Assembly (NCBI GenBank): GCA_022840695.1
Contig: JALHDC010000001.1
Span: 84,456 to 148,455, forward strand
Reading direction: 5' to 3'
Origin: a bacterium
Lineage (GTDB): Bacteria; Patescibacteriota; Dojkabacteria; SC72
Length of the DNA: 64,000 nucleotides
Shown here: positions 60,357-64,000 of the stretch, piece after piece
How the letters are laid out: every line of letters starts with the position of its first letter
Numbering within the stretch: the stretch's first letter is position 1
Translations under genes and position numbers: made by a program
The notes under the pieces: model-generated
The model's input: the letters and a program-made list of their open reading frames with translations, nothing else
Told to the model about the DNA's origin: nothing
Database searches by the model: none

Positions 60357-61238
60357 TTAGGATCCTAAATATTTTCTATCATTAAAGCTTAAAGTAGCTA
60401 GCTGCTTCTTCGCAATTCCATTTAGTTTAAGCAATCTCTTCTTTTGAGAAATATTTTCCTCAATCATATTAGCATTCAAATTCTCTAAATTAATCATAAC
60501 TACGAGTTGTAATATCGAAGCATAATCCCCTATATTTCCACCTAACTTTGGATTCTTCTTTCTCCATTCTTTAGCTGTCATACCAAATAGTGCAACATTT
60601 AATACATCGGCTTCATTTGCATATACAAATTTCTTTTGTTTATCCGTTAGTGTAGGTACTATATTTTCTTTAATTGCATCAGTATGAATTCTATAATTAG
60701 TACTTGCTAATACTCTTCTTACAGACCATTCAATATGGTTTTGATATGCTTCACTAATCCTTAGTCTCTCAAACTCTTTTATTAAATACAGTTTAAATTC
60801 GGGACTCAACCAACTAGCAAACTCAAAAGCTATGTCTGGATGTGCAAATGTACCTATGCTATATTTCCCAGCACTCGTTCTTATCCCAATTGAATTAGTA
60901 CGTTTCTCCCATTGGCTTACGGACATATAGAATCTGCTTGTGCTGTACTCATTTTTAATTTGGTGTAATTCCCCCAAATTAAATTTGGGATTATTTAATT
61001 GTTCCCACAGTCCTATATACTCAATTGTTTTAATTCTTCTTATCCAATCTTTTATTACAAATGAGGGATCTGTTGGATTTTGATATTTAGCCAAATCAGT
61101 TAAAGATATATAGTCAATATCATTGACTCTTAAAATCCTTATCTCCTTCTCTTTTACATTAATTACTGTTGATATATCTTTCTTCATACACCCATTATAT
61201 TGGAAAGAGTAAAACACATCTATATCAAGCATCACCAA
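60357..61238 (-). CDS. KilA-N domain-containing protein (phage/mobile-element associated DNA-binding family)
   Basis: ILRVNDIDYISLTDLAKY…GTFAHPDIAFEFASWLSPEFKLYLIKEFERL…ANEADVLNVALFGMTAKEWRKKNP is typical of the KilA-N family. Confidence 0.75.
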   Translation of the reverse strand: MVMLDIDVFYSFQYNGCMKKDISTVINVKEKEIRILRVNDIDYISLTDLAKYQNPTDPSFVIKDWIRRIKTIEYIGLWEQLNNPKFNLGELHQIKNEYSTSRFYMSVSQWEKRTNSIGIRTSAGKYSIGTFAHPDIAFEFASWLSPEFKLYLIKEFERLRISEAYQNHIEWSVRRVLASTNYRIHTDAIKENIVPTLTDKQKKFVYANEADVLNVALFGMTAKEWRKKNPKLGGNIGDYASILQLVVMINLENLNANMIEENISQKKRLLKLNGIAKKQLATLSFNDRKYLGS

Positions 61239-61316
61239 TTTAATGTAATTTTAATATTCCATTAGTTATCTACACACAATTGTCTTCTTACAATTTTACA
61301 GGTATCATAATGATTA

Positions 61317-63155
61317 ATGAAAATAGCTACTGTACCCAGTAAAAAAAGGAAAGAACTAACCATAATCGCAATACTATTAATTGGAATCCCATTGGTTGTA
61401 TTTGCTACATACCAAGTATACAACCTCATAACAAGAGCATCTGTTGAATCCAAACCTAATAATGTAATACTAAGTAATCTAACAACATCCGCTGTTACTG
61501 TAACTTGGGTTACAGATGTCCCTGCTACCGGATCAGTCATACCAGTAGTTAATAGCAGTGAAAAAAGTCCAGTTATAGACAGTAGAGGTAGTGGAAAAAG
61601 ATATACACACTATGTAGAACTATCTGATCTTGAACAAGATACAGAGTATCAATTCATAATAATATCTGACAGTAAAAAATATACAAGTGAAGGATCTAAA
61701 AATTTCACATTCAAAACTGCTCGTATATCAGCAGATACTCCAACCCCTAACCCTATACATGGGTCTGTAAATGGAGCGAGTGGGAATGATGTCATGCTCT
61801 ATGCCCTTCTAAAAGACAAATCTACATATCCTGTATCTACAGAAATACCAACAGGAGGTAACTGGATAATGGATCTTTCTGCTCTTAGAAAAATATCAGA
61901 TAAATCAATGGTTGTAGTTTCGGATAGTACGAATATTGTAATAATTGCAGTATCAGGATCAAACAAAGGTGCAGTAATAGAGGGATCATATTCTGAACTC
62001 TTTGATAGTAACGGGAAACTTAAGGATGTATATCCTTTAAACATTGGAGAAAATAGTACTCTATATTCATACTTTCCTCCTGCAGCTATGTTAGAGGCAT
62101 ATTCAAGTGGTAATGAAACTCCTGTTACACCAGTAACTCCATCCACTCCAGAAGTAGAAGAAGAGGAAGAAGAAGAAGAGATATTCGATAGAAGATTTAG
62201 AATAATACATCAGCTCAACTGGATAGATATGGTAACTGCTAACGGTAGTGTTGGTACAGGTAATTTTGGAGAATCTACTGTAGATATAGTAAATCTAACA
62301 GATACAGGATTCACAGTATTATGGATATCTGAACAGAAAGAACAGGGCTATGTTCGTTATGGCACATCTCTTAATTCATTAACAAATGATGCTAGTGATG
62401 AAAGAGATGGACTAACAAACAGAGGCTCATACTATGTACATACTGTGTCTCTAAGTAGATTGCAGCCTGAAACTGAGTATTTCTTTGAAATTAAATCAGG
62501 AGATGATACATACGATAATGATGGAAGCAAATACTCGATCACTACATTTGCTACACTAGGATCGCCTCCTCCTTTTGAATCTGTAACTGGTGTAGTTACT
62601 GGAGTTCCCGATCACAAAGAAGCAATAGCCACCGTCTTTATTAAAGATGGAGATGACTCTGGAAGTAAGGGAGAAAGTTTGAAAATGTCCACCTTAATAG
62701 ATGAAAATGGAAAATGGATTCTTTCAATTGGTGGGAGTAGAACAGAAGATGGATCTTCATACTTTGAATATACATCTGGAGACTCACTATATGTAGATAT
62801 TCTAACAACTGTGTCTTCTGATACACATACAGAAAGTATGCAAGGTATATCTGAAAAAGATATAGAAATATCATTAGGAGCAACATCCTCTTCTGTAAGT
62901 TATACTAGAGTTGAGTTACTAGGTAACTACGGAATACTAGGATATAGCTCAGGACAGAATCCTGATTTAGCTCCTAGTTCTAATAATTCTTCATATGAGG
63001 TTACCTCAGGAACAGAGACTCCTAAGACAGGTGTGTTAGATGATGTTGTATACTTAATACTTCTTTCTTTAGGGCTATTAACCACAGGTATTATCATATA
63101 CAGAAGTAATATGACAAAGCCTAAAAGAAAGGGTAAAATGATAGGGAATCTATGA
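61317..63155 (+). CDS. TM-anchored surface protein (612 aa) with two Fn3-like domains and a C-terminal sorting-signal-like TPKTG + TM + basic tail
   Basis: VTVTWVTDVPATGS…RYTHYVELSDLEQDTEYQF and FTVLWISEQKEQGYVRYG…YYVHTVSLSRLQPETEYFF. C-terminus ETPKTGVLDDVVYLILLSLGLLTTGIIIYRSNMTKPKRKGK. Confidence 0.6.
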   Translation: MKIATVPSKKRKELTIIAILLIGIPLVVFATYQVYNLITRASVESKPNNVILSNLTTSAVTVTWVTDVPATGSVIPVVNSSEKSPVIDSRGSGKRYTHYVELSDLEQDTEYQFIIISDSKKYTSEGSKNFTFKTARISADTPTPNPIHGSVNGASGNDVMLYALLKDKSTYPVSTEIPTGGNWIMDLSALRKISDKSMVVVSDSTNIVIIAVSGSNKGAVIEGSYSELFDSNGKLKDVYPLNIGENSTLYSYFPPAAMLEAYSSGNETPVTPVTPSTPEVEEEEEEEEIFDRRFRIIHQLNWIDMVTANGSVGTGNFGESTVDIVNLTDTGFTVLWISEQKEQGYVRYGTSLNSLTNDASDERDGLTNRGSYYVHTVSLSRLQPETEYFFEIKSGDDTYDNDGSKYSITTFATLGSPPPFESVTGVVTGVPDHKEAIATVFIKDGDDSGSKGESLKMSTLIDENGKWILSIGGSRTEDGSSYFEYTSGDSLYVDILTTVSSDTHTESMQGISEKDIEISLGATSSSVSYTRVELLGNYGILGYSSGQNPDLAPSSNNSSYEVTSGTETPKTGVLDDVVYLILLSLGLLTTGIIIYRSNMTKPKRKGKMIGNL

Positions 63156-63190
63156 GTAATTACAAACAAAAAAACAAGGGAATAAGGTTT

Positions 63191-64000
63191 ATGTTTTTTT
63201 TGATACTTTTTGGGTTTGTAATTGTTTATTTTTCTAAAAACTTTGATAAGGACAAAAACATTTTTGCCTCAAGAAATACCTTAGTAGAGAAACAGGCAGA
63301 AGAATGTAGTACATGTGGAAATAATAATGAGGAACAAATAGTTCAAGAAGAGGATAATTATCAAATTTACTATCTAGATGTTTCTGAGACTGTAGATGTT
63401 TCTGACTACTACAAAGGAGGACAAGTATTAGGATTGACATCCATTAGCTGTGATAACCTTTCTCCTACTAATACCTTGGAATCTGTAAAAAGATTGTGTA
63501 CTCAATCTTCTGATCAGATAGATCATGGAAATTATTCTGATATTATTGGCTCTTCGGGAAGTGGAGTTAGAGTTGGGAAAGATACTTCCTTTGAACTTAC
63601 ATTGGTTACATATCCTTTAGCATTTTGGTTAGGACAGTATGTTCTTGAAAATAGTAATAGGGAAATCAAGGAAACTTCTCCAGAATATTCTTCTAATGGA
63701 CAACAAATAGATTTAAACTATCAAGCTAAAACCCTATCTCCACAGGAATCGGCCCAGTTGGAAGCAGAAGTAACAGGTACAATTAGAAAGGAATTTGAAG
63801 TAAAGGCAATATTAGATGTTCCAGGATCTGATAGGGTTAACGAACAAGATGAGGGAGAATACATTGTTGCAAATGCAGATCATGATCCAAAATGTATGTG
63901 TCCAGATGAGGTTAGTACTTCAGATTATAATGTGGGTATGTCAAATTATATTGCTTCGAATAAGGATAATGGTGGCTATTATAGACAACAAATCCCAGGT
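63191..64000 (+). CDS. Hypothetical TM-anchored/secreted protein, 3' end outside window (not in supplied ORF track)
   Basis: Open frame from the ATG at 63191 to the window end (270 codons, no stop). N-terminal hydrophobic MFFLILFGFVIVYF. Confidence 0.5.
   Translation, partial: MFFLILFGFVIVYFSKNFDKDKNIFASRNTLVEKQAEECSTCGNNNEEQIVQEEDNYQIYYLDVSETVDVSDYYKGGQVLGLTSISCDNLSPTNTLESVKRLCTQSSDQIDHGNYSDIIGSSGSGVRVGKDTSFELTLVTYPLAFWLGQYVLENSNREIKETSPEYSSNGQQIDLNYQAKTLSPQESAQLEAEVTGTIRKEFEVKAILDVPGSDRVNEQDEGEYIVANADHDPKCMCPDEVSTSDYNVGMSNYIASNKDNGGYYRQQIPG

Noticed and set aside
63234-63440. 68-aa minus-strand ORF
   Set aside because: It is antisense to a much longer stop-free plus-strand frame (63191..end) that has a TM N-terminus, so it is most likely spurious.

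Overview
This 64-kb window is a low-GC, gene-dense bacterial chromosome segment read in the standard genetic code. Its many miniaturised core proteins and N-terminally membrane-anchored surface proteins suggest a reduced-genome CPR/Patescibacteria-like organism (inference, no taxonomic marker checked). Housekeeping content, in order: 3' part of rpoC, rpsL, rpsG (no fusA/tuf), a GT2 glycosyltransferase, rplY(L25/Ctc), hrcA-grpE-dnaK, an O-antigen-ligase-like TPR membrane protein, comF-like, murJ, groES-groEL, a cI/LexA-like XRE-S24 repressor next to a HExxH metallopeptidase-like gene, an ABC exporter, a folD-glyA-ThyX-like-dcd one-carbon/dTMP cluster, lepA-recF and rpsT. A 10-kb minus-strand array follows (sortase, solute-binding protein, surface protein, alaS, ruvX, mltG, LCP, holA). 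Then come dnaJ, nusA-infB, rpsO-pnp and rsmE plus a NOL1/NOP2/Sun methyltransferase. Accessory content: a minimal type-IV-secretion-like module (VirB3-like membrane protein, then VirB4 apparently split into two translationally coupled ORFs, then a small ORF) with a divergent nucleotidyltransferase; a Lon-like AAA+ protein lacking both the N-domain and the protease domain; a KilA-N gene; and a paralogous family of TM-anchored surface proteins carrying Fn3-like domains, three of which show a xTG+TM+basic-tail sorting-signal-like C-terminus. All three heat-shock operons (hrcA-grpE-dnaK, groES-groEL, dnaJ) are preceded by a reduced CIRCE variant, TAGCA-N15-TGCTAA; the first two also carry sigma70-like promoters. 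No rRNA, tRNA, CRISPR or IS elements were recognised.
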